DNA of 62,721 nt, filler included, from Collodictyon triciliatum (lineage: Eukaryota), in the NCBI GenBank assembly GCA_043381765.1. It is 7 parts of 7 records of this genome, joined end to end, with 100 filler letters (N's around TTAATTAATTAA, not from the genome) between each part and the next. Parts side by side here need not be neighbours in the genome. Positions count along the whole stretch, not along the records: positions 22,048 to 32,948 come from JBHJMP010002533.1; positions 33,049 to 43,840 come from JBHJMP010002535.1; 5 more parts are not named here. One strand, given 5' to 3'. The number at the start of each line of letters is the position of its first letter. Positions within the stretch are counted from its first letter, which is position 1. Shown here in pieces: positions 28,632 to 42,200 of this stretch. The position numbers were made by a program, and so were the translations under genes. A model generated the notes under the pieces. The model ran no database searches. It saw nothing but the letters and a program-made list of their open reading frames with translations, and had not been told where the DNA came from.

Positions 28632-29464
28632 TTATGGCACGGGCGGGTTGGCGGATGGGAGCGGCGCCTGCGGGAGGACGAAGAGGTGTGCGAAGCGGCC
28701 TTGGATGACAAAGTGGCACCTGCAAACAAAGCAGACGAGTCAGCACGGTGCTTCGGAGTCACAGGACACGGTTATTTGCGTGCCGGTGGGGCGGTACTTT
28801 CGGTGCGCCGTGGGCAAGTCGCCTGCCAGTCGGGAGACGTCGGCGTTCTGGTACAGGTTTGTGCTGTGGTGGGTGGGAGTCGGCCGAGTCAAGGAAGGGC
28901 GTGGATTCCTGGTAGCTCCGGAGTCATGATTATGTTTGCTCGTTTGTTTGATAAAATGCTGTTCTTTTCGTAGTGTATTTTGATATGCGGGGTTTTGTTT
29001 TGTTTTGTTTTGTTTTGTTTTGTTTTGTTTTGTTTTGTTTTGTTTTGTTTTGTTTTGTTTTGTTTTGTTTTGTTTTGTTTTGTTTTGTTTTGTTTTTGTG
29101 TGTGGAGGGATTTGGTGGTTGCAGAGTGAGGGGTTTCGGTTGTTTGGATACAAAAAGTCGACGATGACTTGGCACATTTCGGTGATTCCGTGGGTCTATT
29201 GAGTGATGGGGTTTTTTTTCCATGTCTTCGTTTAGAGTATTTTGTTTCGTCTCTCGTGTTTTGTGTTTCGTTCGCCGGTCTATTCTTGTTGTATCGCGTG
29301 ATGGATGGCGGATGATGTTATTGGGGGATAAAGTCTTACCGGTTCGATGATTTCAAAGAGCGTCGAAGGCTTTATTTTCTCAAACATGAAGAGAAGCATT
29401 TTCAGAAGCTATCCGCGTGGAAAACACGTCCGTGTGAGTATTCCAAGTAGCATGATTTCAATGA

Positions 29465-29520
<56 letters not shown>

Positions 29521-32500
29521 GAAAAAGAGAAAACTGTAATCGGTGAAAGAAACACGCAAACAAGTCTGCTGCGCTTTGATAATCCAAACCTTGATGGCAG
29601 TATCCTGGTTCTGGTGCAGAAGTTCGGCAATAAATGGAGAGACGAGCCTCACCAACAAATAAATCTGACGGAAGCGAGAAGCAGTTTACAGAAGGAAAGG
29701 AGGTATACGGGAAAAACAAGGATTGATGATGGGAAATGCTTCTCAAGTCTTATTGCAAAGCTTTAACTAGATATAATTTTTGTTGAATCCCACGAAAAAA
29801 AAAATGATGCTAGGTTCAAGTTTCTCGTTGATTATGATTATATAAGAATGATCCGATGAATCACTGATAAAAAAAAATACAAAGAAAACGAATAAATGTT
29901 GTTTGTTTTTTTAGCAGAATCGCTAATAATCAGAATGTGATGCGCATTCCCACCGACACAATGGACACACTCGTCGACGGATTCTTGAGAGCGGCATCGA
30001 GAGTCTCCAATAGGATTGAAGTGTTTGACCTTTGGATCATCGCATGCCCAACGAGAAGCATTTGCCTAGGGATAGATTATCATCCAATTTTAAGAGAGAA
30101 CAAATGACCTGCAGGATGAAGGAAATACACACAAAGAGATAACAACCATTCCATCATATCACGAGGCTTCACATGGGAGACTTTGTGTCGAGAATGAAAC
30201 AAGAGAATCGCGATGGATGAATAACCGTCGGATTAGGTGTGAAAACTCTTCTTACATCGACCGCATTTTGAGCACTCTTTCGTTGAATGTGTCTTTATTG
30301 CAGAATGTGTCATAATGCGACGTATGCTCACCCTAGCCAGTCATTAACGTGAATATACTAATACCAACATGTTAGAAAAGAAAGCACATCAACAAGTGTG
30401 AGTTAAAATATGGCCTTTTGACATTTATTTATCTTTTTATTTTGGGGAATATACATAAAAATGTAACCAAAAATAAAAAAAAAACGTGCGATTGTTTTAA
30501 GGTGTATGATAGCAGTATATGCATTCATTTTACCAAGTGGACTGTCCATTCTGTACGTGTCTCTTCGTCCACAAAACAATCGCCAATGAGCCGACACAGC
30601 GACTGCCGAAATGGAATTGTCAAAGAGGAAAAGAGGCCACCCTAACGCCACGATATAATTAAATGACCAAAACTGCAATCTCAAGCAATAATCCGATGGC
30701 ATTAATTGTTTCAGGATTACAACTTTCAGTATTACAACGGAAAAAATGAAGTGATTATGAGTCGAAGGGTTACTAGTGCGGAAAACATGGCGTATTGGTT
30801 AGCCCCAGCATAGTCTCTTGCGAGTCTCATTAGTTCTTTGATGAGAATATCTGTGCATTTGGCAAGTAAAATTAAATGATAATATTTTTTTTAATAACAT
30901 ATAAAAACACCATAAAATGGGCCTATTGTTTAGCACATTACCTTGTTGATATGGAATCAACAAAATCTCAATTATCATGTTGGATGAGTGGGCATCAAAT
31001 TGGCTGATGAATTCTGAAAAGCAGAACGACAGCCCATCGTGCTTGGGATTATCCAAAAACGGATCTCCCGAAATAAGTGCGACATATACAGTCAAGGAAA
31101 GATCAAGTTTTGGGATAATACAGCAATTTCGGATAATTTTTTCCTTCCTTTCCTTCTTTCCGATTTTTTTTTTAATGATTTGTGTGATATTAAAGTCGCA
31201 AACAAGCAAAAATTCTATTCAGAAGAAATTAGATGGATGAAAGAAAAAAAAAGAAAGAAAAAAGAGTGACTGAAATTTATATGTTAAGATTGAATCATCT
31301 TGGATATTTCTTGGGAACTGAGATATGTAACCCGTAAAATGCGTCACCATATCAGGCGAAGGATATCCTACAAACAGAAAAACGGAAAGAAAAAAAAGAA
31401 GCCAAATCAGTGCTTGAATGAAAGCCCCAAATCAACTTGAATAAGCGGGAAGATAAGAGGTGTTTGTTTAAAAAAAAAATACCATCTTGGCTACCAAGAG
31501 ACAGCGCAGCCCAGGAATATAGCTCATCACGAAGTTCGCTCTGATCTACATATGGAATGAATTTTGTTGCAGTCAGTCATGACAATAACTCTTGTAGATG
31601 GATAGGAATCTGCCAAAATGCCTACTCAGCAACTTGATAAGGTAAATTCGTGTAATTTGGATGGATGTCTCATCTCCGGGAAAGGCCATCAACAGGCTTT
31701 TGACGAAGTTAAAGGGATTATCATGGTATCCTGCAAATATATTTTGGCATTACATGCTTTTTGAGGAAAAATGGGATATCCAAATGTTATTCAAAAAGAG
31801 AAACCTATTTATGTAACAGTACAGAAACAAAGACCATTTGGAAGATGGAAAAAAAAAAACACAAGATAAAAAAAAGAAAGAGATAAATAAAAATAATTGG
31901 TTAACATTAAAAAATAATTAAACGCAGATAAGAAATATGCTTACGATAAAGTTCGCAGAAATTGTCTATGCATTCAACCTAATGTAAATGTTTTTTATTC
32001 TCTCGTTTCATTTCAAAAAAAGTCTTTTCTTTTTCACAGTAGGTGTCATATGGGTATATAATCAAATTGAGTAAGATAGGTTCCTTACAATGTTGTGGGT
32101 ATCTTCAAACATAAACAGCTTCCAGAATATCATATCCAGCACTGGAATCATCCGTAAGCAAACATTACCATAAAACTCAGGCAGACACTCTGAGCTAAAA
32201 TGATTTTATGACACCATCAGAATGGAAAAAAAAAAGTTATATTATTTTTAAATAAATTGCAAAAAAATAAATAAAATAGTAGCCTTTTTTTTTCTAGTGC
32301 AACAGTCCAATATTAAGTTGAAGGTAGTCTACTTGAGATAATTTTCCGAAGAGCGGCAGTTGAAATCAAAGTTACTGGCCAAAGGGGTATTGCTTAACCA
32401 AAACTTTGGGTTCACATTCAAGCTCAAAAACTCTGACAATTTATTGATAAGTGAGTCCTGCACAGTTTTCACTAATTTGAGGCTAAGATAAGATATAAAA

Positions 32501-32816
32501 TATTGAAATATATTACAACCTTGAGTGGCGATATGAAAGTTGGAGCGGGTTGCAATGAGCTGCATCACCAATAGCATTCCAACATCATTTTTGCTTCTTG
32601 ATAAGTTCAAAAAGGCAAGAATGATTGTTTCTGTTGGCATAGAATACTGATAAGCATGCATTTCTTTTTATTCGAATATTTACGAGAGATTATAATAAAT
32701 TTACAAATTTATTTTCTTTTTAATTGTTTTGAAAGGTAAAGATATATTCGTGAATGGAAACAACCTAGTCGCAGAAGGTGGAACTTCCATATCATGGACG
32801 AAAGTGCTGGTAAGAT
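28632..32816 (-). CDS. MED23: Mediator subunit MED23, C-terminal part (about 15 exons; 5' end lost at contig end)
   Basis: Spliced exons give LSSMIWKFHLLRLETIILAF, KLSEFLSLNVNPKFWLSN, LPEFYGNVCLRMIPVLD, LYRYHDNPF, FCFSEF...IIEILLIP, LLVGHAMI, IYLLVRLVSPF, VIVDF. These match the recalled MED23 motifs LPIYFGNVCLRFLPVFD, LYKFHDRP, WRFNEF and ICDFLYH. Stop TAA at 28634-28632. Confidence 0.9.
28873..29151 (-). other. U12-type intron in MED23 (GT donor; 3' end probably AC at 28873, alternatively AG at 28864)
   Basis: Donor GTATCCAA at 29151 and branch point CTTCCTTGAC (A at 28889). Contains a (AAAAC)n tract. Confidence 0.75.
28993..29098. repeat. (TTTTG)n microsatellite inside the MED23 U12 intron
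   Basis: Direct inspection. Confidence 0.95.
31077..31307 (-). other. U12-type AT-AC intron in MED23
   Basis: Donor ATATCCAA at 31307, branch point TTTCCTTGAC (31100-31091), acceptor GCAC ending 31077. Splicing gives in-frame SQFPR-I-ISGDPF; retention hits a stop. Confidence 0.88.
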
Positions 32817-33048
32817 CTAGTCAGGAAAAGTGATGTGTGATATGATAATGGAACTCAGCTATTCAAAAAACAATAAACGCGAAATACTTAAAAAAAAAAA
32901 AGGAAAAGAAAAAAGAATAAAAGAAAAAGGAAAAGGGAAAAAAGGAAANNNNNNNNNNNNNNNNNNNNNNNNNNNNNNNNNNNNNNNNNNNNTTAATTAA
33001 TTAANNNNNNNNNNNNNNNNNNNNNNNNNNNNNNNNNNNNNNNNNNNN

Positions 33049-33163
33049 TGTCTATTGTCTATTGTCTATTGTCTATTGTCTATTGTCTATTGTCTATTGT
33101 CTATTGTCTATTGTCTATTGTCTATTGTCTATTGTCTATTGTCTATTGTCCATTGTCTATTGT
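33049..33163. repeat. (ATTGTCT)n heptamer repeat at contig end
   Basis: Direct inspection. Confidence 0.95.
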
Positions 33164-33278
33164 ACTCCTGTTAGTTTTATAAACATCTATAATTTTATTC
33201 TGGTTTCTATCTCTATTTCTGTTTCTTGCGCAGGAATTCACATATTTTATTATCCTCAACCATCTTTCTTTTTTGCAG

Positions 33279-36200
33279 GTCAAACTGGGTAACCTGAAAA
33301 CGAACAAGGCAACTACACTCTACTCTGCTGATGCTGCGCCCGTGTCTGTATCTCCCAATATCGAGGGAACCGCGGTTGTGGTTGGGCATTTAGATGGTTC
33401 TATAATTAGATTCAATCTGGAAGAAGGTGGAACTGGACCTGCCCAGGTTATTCCTACATATATGCCTTAATCATCGAAATGCCATCCAATTAAGCGTGTT
33501 CAGATTGCACGAATTTCAAATCATACCCGAGTTTATCATACGAGAATTCCATCAAATAATCATTCATTTAGACAGTCCAAAACTAACATGAACCATACTT
33601 GATAGTTCTATACGCACTAAGCGTTATTTGGTTTTATTTTGTTCTACTTGTTCTTTCTATCATTTAATTCATACCGATACTGCATAGACCAAGCTTGTAG
33701 TCCACCAGACTGTTCCTTATGCTTTGTCATGGGGACTAAGTATATGTGCAGCGGGCAACGACCAGGTTGGTCTCTCACATAATCACTTTCGATATTCACC
33801 CATAACTCATTTCTTCAATATCATTACGTATGGACATAGGCCATTTTTTTTTCAGATACATGTCCATAAAATCGATCTATTCAATAATTTCCCATCATCG
33901 CAGTGTGTCGTATTTTATGACAAAGATGGACGGAGGATTCAAGACTTTGATTACAGCAGTGATGAATTTGAAAAAGAGTTTTGTAGTTCTGTATCGAACC
34001 CTACAGGCGATTGCATTCTTGTCGGAAGTTTCAATCGGTACCTTTTCCTTCTTATGTAGCATCAGATTGGTGCTACCTATCAATGAACCATTCATACTCT
34101 TCATATATAATTTTTTTTAATGTTTCTTTATTCAATTTACCATAATTTTATTTAACATGAGTGTAGCGGGGCATTCATAGCGTTTTTTTATTTTATTACC
34201 AAAATTTTATTATTATTATTATTATTATATTACTATACAAGTTTCCAACTAATCATATTGGGTTATTGGAAACGTCTCAATAGATTCCGAATTTTCAAAA
34301 TCAACGCCAAGAAGACTGCATGGGAAGAAGACAGCGCAAAAATCATCGATAATTTCTATACAGTCAGTGCTATGTCTTGGAGACCAGACGGGTCTCGTGT
34401 CTGTGTTGGGTCTCTCTGCGGGGCTGTAGAAATGTATGACGCATGCATCCGTCGCTATCAGTACAAGGGAACATTCGAGTTTACGTACATCAGCTCAAGT
34501 CAAGTGGTTGTGAAGCGCTTGTCCTCTGGTATCCGCTCATTCATTCATGCCTGACTTACAATCGAACTACAAAATATCGCCTTTTTTACTTACTATTTTT
34601 CTGCTTTTCTGCTTCTGCTACAATAACGACATATGGCACGCCTTCAATATTACTTTGATCTATTTTGTCTATTGACCCTCACTGACTTTGATTCATCCCT
34701 TTTTCTTTTTCAGGTGCTGGAATCATACTGAAATCCTACTTCGGATTCGAAATCGCAAAGACAAATGTATTTCAGGACCGCTTTATCGTCGGACACACTC
34801 CCGAGTCCCTTCTGGTTGGCGATATGGAGACAGCCAAGCTGAGCGAGGTTCGAAACTAGGAAACGATATTAAAAAGGAATTGATATATCACATTTACCAA
34901 TTTTCTAAAAATATAGTGCTTCCCTCACTAGAACAAAGCAATATCAAATATCAAATATCAAATATCAAATATCAAATATCAAATATCAAATATCAAATAT
35001 CAAATATCAAATATCAAATATCAAATATCAAATATCAAATATCAAATATCAAATATCAAATATCAAATATCAAATATCAAATATCAAATATCAAANNNNN
35101 NNNNNNNNNNNNNNNNNNNNNNNNNNNNNNNNNNNNNNNNNNNNNNNNNNNNNNNNNNNNNNNNNNNNNNNNNNNNNNNNNNNNNNNNNNNNNNNNNNNN
35201 NNNNNNNNNNNNNNNNNNNNNNNNNNNNNNNNNNNNNNNNNNNNNNNNNNNNNNNNNNNNNNNNNNNNNNNNNNNNNNNNNNNNNNNNNNNNNNNNNNNN
35301 NNNNNNNNAAATAACAAATAACAAATAACAAATAACAAATAACAAATAACAAATAACAAATAACAAATAACAAATAACAAATAACAAATAACAAATAACA
35401 AATAACAAATATGCGTCCAATCGAGTAGGTCACGTGGAGATCAGGAGGGAAGGAAAAGTTCGACTTCAATTACCCTAATGTGTGTCTTGTATATAACGAC
35501 GGAGAATTGTCCATCATTGAGTATGGAAAGAACGAGATTCTTTCCTCATGCCGAACTGAGTACATGAGTTCCCATCTCATCAGCGTTCGCATCAATGAAG
35601 TTAAAGGAGTGACAGACAACAAAAAAATTGCCTACCTCATCGATTTGCAGACAATATGCATATTTGATCTGTTCAACTCTGTTACATTGGCAACAATAGA
35701 CCATGATTCCAAAGTGGATTGGTTAGAGGTACCACAGTTTTTTTTTCTAATGAGCGGTTCCCGATTTTATCGATCTTATAGTCATGTGTAAATGAAATAA
35801 TTTGAGAAAAAAGTGTATTATTTTCCGCTTTGTCAACACCCAATTACCATCCAGCCAGATAATTCTCTTTGAATCGAATGAAGGAAAAAAATCTAGCCAG
35901 TTAATTCTATGCTCTTTTCCAGCTGAATACTAGCGGAAGCATCTTACTCTTTCGAGATAAGCGCAGACAACTCCATCTGTACGATTTGGTGAAGAGAACT
36001 CGAATGTCGCTTCTCAACTACTGCACATATGTCCAGTGGGTTCCTGAGTCGGATGTCGTCGTTGCTCAAAATCGCACGACACTCTCAGTGTGGTATTCCA
36101 TAAACAATCCCGAAAACATCACCACATTCCCCATCAAAGGAGATGTTCAAGACATTCAGAAAATTGAAGGTCGAACAATTGTTGTTGTTGACGAAGGTAT

Positions 36201-39200
36201 ATTGTCTTGGAATTTACCTGAATTCTTTTGTTTACTTTTTTAAATGTGAAAAGATATGTAATTATTTTTTTTAAAAAGAACTTTAATACTCTGAAAGTTG
36301 TGAAATTTTTTTTATTTAATTTATGTATGAAATGAATCACCTCATGTATATATTCTAAACTGGTCTTCTCACTCTCATTTGCAGGGGTACAAACGGTACA
36401 CATAGGGCTGGACGAAACCCTGATTCAATTCGGCTCTGCGTTAGAAATACACGATTATGAAAAGTGCAAACTTCATTCAAGATAATTCATACGAATCCAT
36501 ACTACATATATCTAGGCTTACTCGTTCCCCTTTCTCTACTATGCATATACCCTGTTAATAGGCTTTCTACGCATCTAATCCGATCTTCCCTTTCCTCTTT
36601 CTTTTTCTTCTCTTTCACTCAAAAAAATATCAGAGCTGTCGATATTCTGGAAAAGCTTCCACTAACCCCTGAAACAGAAGCCATGTGGCAAAATTTGTAC
36701 AAAGTTTCAGTTGATAATTCTAAACTCATCATCGCTGAAAGGTAGTTTAGTTTGTAAAATCAACTCGTTTTTTGCTTTCTTTTTATAGGCATGATTATGA
36801 AAATCTCGACCAGTCAATACATATTCTTGTTCAACTCATATATATTTTCCTTGGCCAAACAAGATGCTCTGCTGCCCTTGGTAACGTTTGCCGCACTCGC
36901 TTCTTGCACAAAGTCAATAAAATCGCAGCAGGCCATGCAGAGGAACTTGGGACTGATGGGACAAACTACTTTCGAGTTCGTGCTCGCATGGAGATGCTCA
37001 ATAAGCAACTCCGAGCAGCTGAGATTCTTCTCCTGGACCATGTAATAAGTTCCACATTGTTAAATTTGGTGGATGTGTATTTTTGCATCTAATATTCAAG
37101 TTGTATGAATGAATGGTTATGTTCTGAGACCGCCCTTTGATTTCAATTTCAATTTCTATTTCAATATCCAGTAAGAGCTGTAATTTTTTTTTAATATCCA
37201 TGCCGCAGTTCGTCAAATGCCAATTATTCACTTATATCTGCATACTTCTGTTCATTTTGTTATTACAGAATTCTGTGGACGAAGTAATCGATATGTATGT
37301 GGAGCTACATCGATGGGACGAAGCCATCGCAATCGCAGAGAAGTTCAACCACCCCGAAGTTGAAAACATGCGCCGCTCATACTTCGACTGGTTGTTAAAT
37401 AGCCACCAAAAGGACAAAGCAGGTTTATACTCGCTTTATCAACAATTGAAGAGCACCATACTTGTAATCACAAAAATCATAATGGGGAAGCATACATCCT
37501 TGTAAATAGCATCGCACACCAAATTCCCTCTTAACCATTCCATTGAATTCGTTCAATATCATACACAGGAATGTTGCGAGAACGAGACGGCCAGTACGTA
37601 GAAGCAGCCAAACTTTACTTGGAATGTAACATGCCCGCAAAGGCTGCCAATCTAGTCAACAAGGTTTGATGCTAATTAACTTATATTCATTTGATGGGTT
37701 AACCCCAAGAATGCGTCAACGAAACATTCTTGGCGAAGCAGATCAACAACCATCCCAATCCTGCGCATTCTTTCATTTGTCTATGTGTACTAAACAACTA
37801 CAATCCTTTTTGAAAATCCAGCACGGTCTCAACTATCACACCGACCTTGTTCAAAAAATATCCGAAAGCCTTGTTCGGGCGGGGATGTATGAAAAGGTTT
37901 TTATTTTATTTTATTTTATTTTATTTATTTATTCTCATGAGTGGTTCCACACAAAATAAAATAAAAGTGAAATGTCAAACAAAATGAGGAGACCATTATT
38001 CATCATTAAAAGGCAGACACGCTCAGATATTCTGTCTCGCATATATATATATTAATTCATAATTTTAATTTACCACTAGGCGGGAGACTTTTTTGAAAAT
38101 ATCCTTGGCTCACCTGACAAAGCCATGGAAATGTACAAGAAGGGACGCGTTTATCGCCGCGCTGTCGAGCTTGCGCGCCAGAATTCTCCTGGTGATGTGA
38201 TTAGACTAGAGGAAGTAAATACTCGCTTATGAAATTGAGTGTGGCATTAACGATATATAAATATATATTATCTATCAATCCATTATAATACTTAAACATA
38301 CAATCAAATATTCACTCGCTTCTCACAATTTCACTTTTTTTTTTTCAAAAGGAATGGGGCGACTGGCTTGTTTCCCAAAAGCAAATGGACGCTGCTATCA
38401 ACCACTTCATCGAAGCCAACCAATACATCAAGGCCATCGAAGCTGCAATCAAGGCTGAACAATGGTCGAAGGCTGTCAAACTGATAGAAACTCAGAACGG
38501 GTCGGCAGCGAAAGGATATTATCAGGTAATCAGAATCCCAATGCATTGGTGCTTTCAGTATGTGTTTAGTTCCACATATACTGTGATTGATGACTCAATG
38601 CACAACACATATACATCACTCTCCTCTCATTCTTGCAGAAAGTTGCACATCATTATGCCAACACGAAAAATTACGACTTGGCCGAGAGATACTACATACA
38701 GGTAGTCTTCATATATATATAATAAAGCAATAATTAAAAAGGAAAAAAAAACAATCAGTGAAAAATGGAAAAAATAAAATGAAAAAAAAAAAAAACGAAT
38801 ACTTGAGAGAGCTTATACTTTGCCTCAAGTGTAATACTTGCTGTTTCTCACCAACATACTGCGATACTCTATAGGCCGGATTGCATGTTGACGCAGTTGA
38901 GATGTACGCAAAGGCCAATAAATGGGAGGCAGCCCACAGAGTCGCCACAACGTCTGCTGTTTGAATGAACACATATCTAATCGGAATGAACACTGTTTAC
39001 CTCTAGTTCTAAGGTATACTCATCTCGTCTTGAACCGCATAGTTACATGAAAGATGAAGAAGTTCTCGCACTTTACAAGACCCAAGCAAGCAAACTCGAA
39101 GAGCAAGGAAAATACAAGGATGCAGAAAAGCTTCTTATCATGATTGGAAAACCGGACCAGGCCATCCAGGTTAGAAAAATGTTTGATAGATGCACATTCT

Positions 39201-42200
39201 ATTGGTATGAATATATGCATTATGCATGGTTTGATTCGTTAATGCATACAGCCCCTTTCCCCATATAATTATTGAGTCAAAGAACACCTAATTATATTGA
39301 TTGCTTACAGATGTACAAGAGGAACCGACATTTCGATGATATGATTCGTTTAGTCTCTCAATACCATAAAGACTACTTGTCACAAACACACGCCAGTCTC
39401 GCGGACCAATTCGAAGCTGAGGGCAATCTGAAGAAGGCCGAGCACCATCGAATTGAGGTACCATTATATTCCTTTTAAATATTATTCTAGTTCCAAAAGC
39501 GCAGTGATATATTTTGGGTTTCCTTCTACCTGACTTGATGACATGCATATTTTCTTTGTCATGATTAAAGTAATTCAAATGTGATATTAGATGAAAGAAA
39601 TAAATGAAAAAAAACATAAAAAGAATAAATAAGATGATGTTAATATCATAGGCCAATGACTGGGGCACTGCTGTTCAAATGTACAGAGAACGTGACATGT
39701 GGGATGATGCGATGCGTGTGGCTAAGTTGCATGGAGGAGAAAATGCATCAAAACAAGTTGCGTACACATGGGCAGTTTCCCTTGGTGGCGAGGCTGGATT
39801 ACAACTCCTTACGAAATTCGGGCTTGAGGAGCAGGTTAATACGCTTTTTCCTATTACCCCCCCCCAAACGCTTGATGCATTATTTTTTAAAGTATCATCA
39901 GTTTGATATGATTTTACCTTCGCGATGTGAAGCATACGCACTTGTTCCTATCATTTTTTTTTATTTTTAAAATTTAATATTTAATGTCCTCTCCTAAATG
40001 TTTCTGCAGGCTATTGACTACGCCGTGGAGCACCTGGACTTCGCTTACGCGCTAGAAACAGCTCGCAATACAATGAAGAGCAAGCTTCCTGACGTCCATC
40101 TCAAGTATGCGATGTTCCTAGAAGATGAAGGCCGCTTCAGAGAGGTTATACTCTGCTATATGTCTATTTTCCTCTCTTCTATACCTCAATTATATTAGTT
40201 TTCCTTCCCATTTCCTCATTCCGAATGCGCAGCCATGAAAGGTATGAGTCCTTTGTCATAATAGGACAAAAGCTCGGTAGATATTCATTTCGTGACAATA
40301 ACTCACCATCATATGACTTTGAATATCATAGGCTGAGGAGGAATTTATTCTAGCATCCAAGCCGCATGAGGCTATCGATATGTATATTCACACTCAAGAT
40401 TGGGTCAACGCCGAGCGTGTTGCTAATTCCTACGAGCCAGAAGCCATCAACGATATTATGGTGGCTAAAGCAAAGTAATATACATTATACTCTCTTATGC
40501 ATTCTTTGAATCGAATAAAGGAAAAAAAAACTCTCTTATGCATTCTTCTGTATTGTCTAACAAAAAATTCGAACCATATGCACACACCGAATCAAAAACA
40601 AATTCCAGAGCTGCTCTCGAAAGAAATGACTACACCTCTGCCGAGGGTTTGTTCCTCCGTGCAAAGAAGCCCGAGCTTGCTGTCAAGTCTTACAAGGTGA
40701 ACAATCCCTGAGCATTTGAAAATACACACATTCTTTTCTATAATTTTTCCTTTTGCACCATCTTTGAACTCTTGCGCAAATCTACGCGTATTATGCGTGT
40801 AGAGTCAGTTATTGACGTTCAGATCAAGCTAGATGCAAGAACCACGCGGTATAAATGCCTTTTTATTTCAAATATAGGAAAAAGGAATGTGGGCAGATGC
40901 CATTAGAATCACAAAAGAATACCTTCCCACCAAAGCAAGCTTTCTGATTTTATAGATCTGATGAACACTTTGCATTTTTTTTGATATGAAACTTTCATCC
41001 CAATATCACACGGTTTCCTCTCGAACGACATTGCAATATTTACACCATGTAACAGGTCCGAGAAATCAATGCCGAATACGCAGCATTTCTACAAAGCAAT
41101 ACTCAATCAGGGAAGGTCGATCTCATCGCGCAAGGGAAGCTACTCGAAGAGTCGAAAGAATATCCTTCATCTTCATTACTATGCGTCATCGCTTCACACA
41201 TTGATTCATTTAATTTTTTTTGAAATACAACAAGTTCTTTGGAGCAATATATTTCTATATGATATTCAATAGTGTTTCCATATTGCGTGGCATTATCCTT
41301 CACCAAAACATACATATTCTCGTGCCATCGAAGCCTATTTACGTGTCGGCAGGGGAGATGCTTCAGTAAACACGACCATATATATGCTCATTTTTCTTTG
41401 ATATACACATATTCTTTTTCAAATGTAATATCATCCTACATAATTATACTCATGCATACTTTACAATTCAGAGCACAGAGCAACTGCAGGAAGTTTGGCT
41501 TTCTGCTTTCCGGTTGGCCAATACACACATTCCTGCGAGGTCACTGGAAGTGGCAAACACAGTCACCGGTCACCTAATCGATATCCAGCGTTTTGATCTG
41601 GCTGGGCACGTCTGGGAGAGCGTAGAGAAATACAGGAACGCTGTGGATGTCTACATGCAGGTCAGCCATTCTTCAAACTCTACTATTAAATGGAGTCTTT
41701 CGAGCCTTGTGTTATGTCTTTTTTTCTTTTCTTGTGCAATGTGATACTTTATCTATTTATTTATTTAACATTTGAATTCATGAAGGAATCTATCTCATTC
41801 TTGTACCCGTACTCTATTCATTTTATGCGGTGTCTCTCAAGTATACTCTGTATGTATTGAAATTGACAGGGAGGTATATGGGATAAAGCACGGTCTATCG
41901 CCGCTACAAAAGTGCCGGATTATTCACCTGAAGTGGAGCGCGCCTTTGTCAATCACCTGAAGCAAAGTGACCAGCCCAAGAAGTTGGTGGAGCTCGGAAA
42001 CACAGCGGCTGGCCTGGAGGCTTATGCTGCAAAAGGAGAATGGGATAAGTGCCTGTCACTCGCTGAGAAGCAGGTCCCCATCATCGCCCAATTAACAATG
42101 TTTCATCAACCTGGTCCATTCACTCCCTGCATATGAAATTTACCAGGAATTTGATTTGGCTGACAATGGCCAACATCTTCCTCTCTGAAACTTACCCACT

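Noticed and set aside
34529-34713. U12-like donor GTATCCGC in IFT172
   Set aside because: No TCCTTRAC near the acceptor. It has a U2-type CTGAC and a pyrimidine tract.
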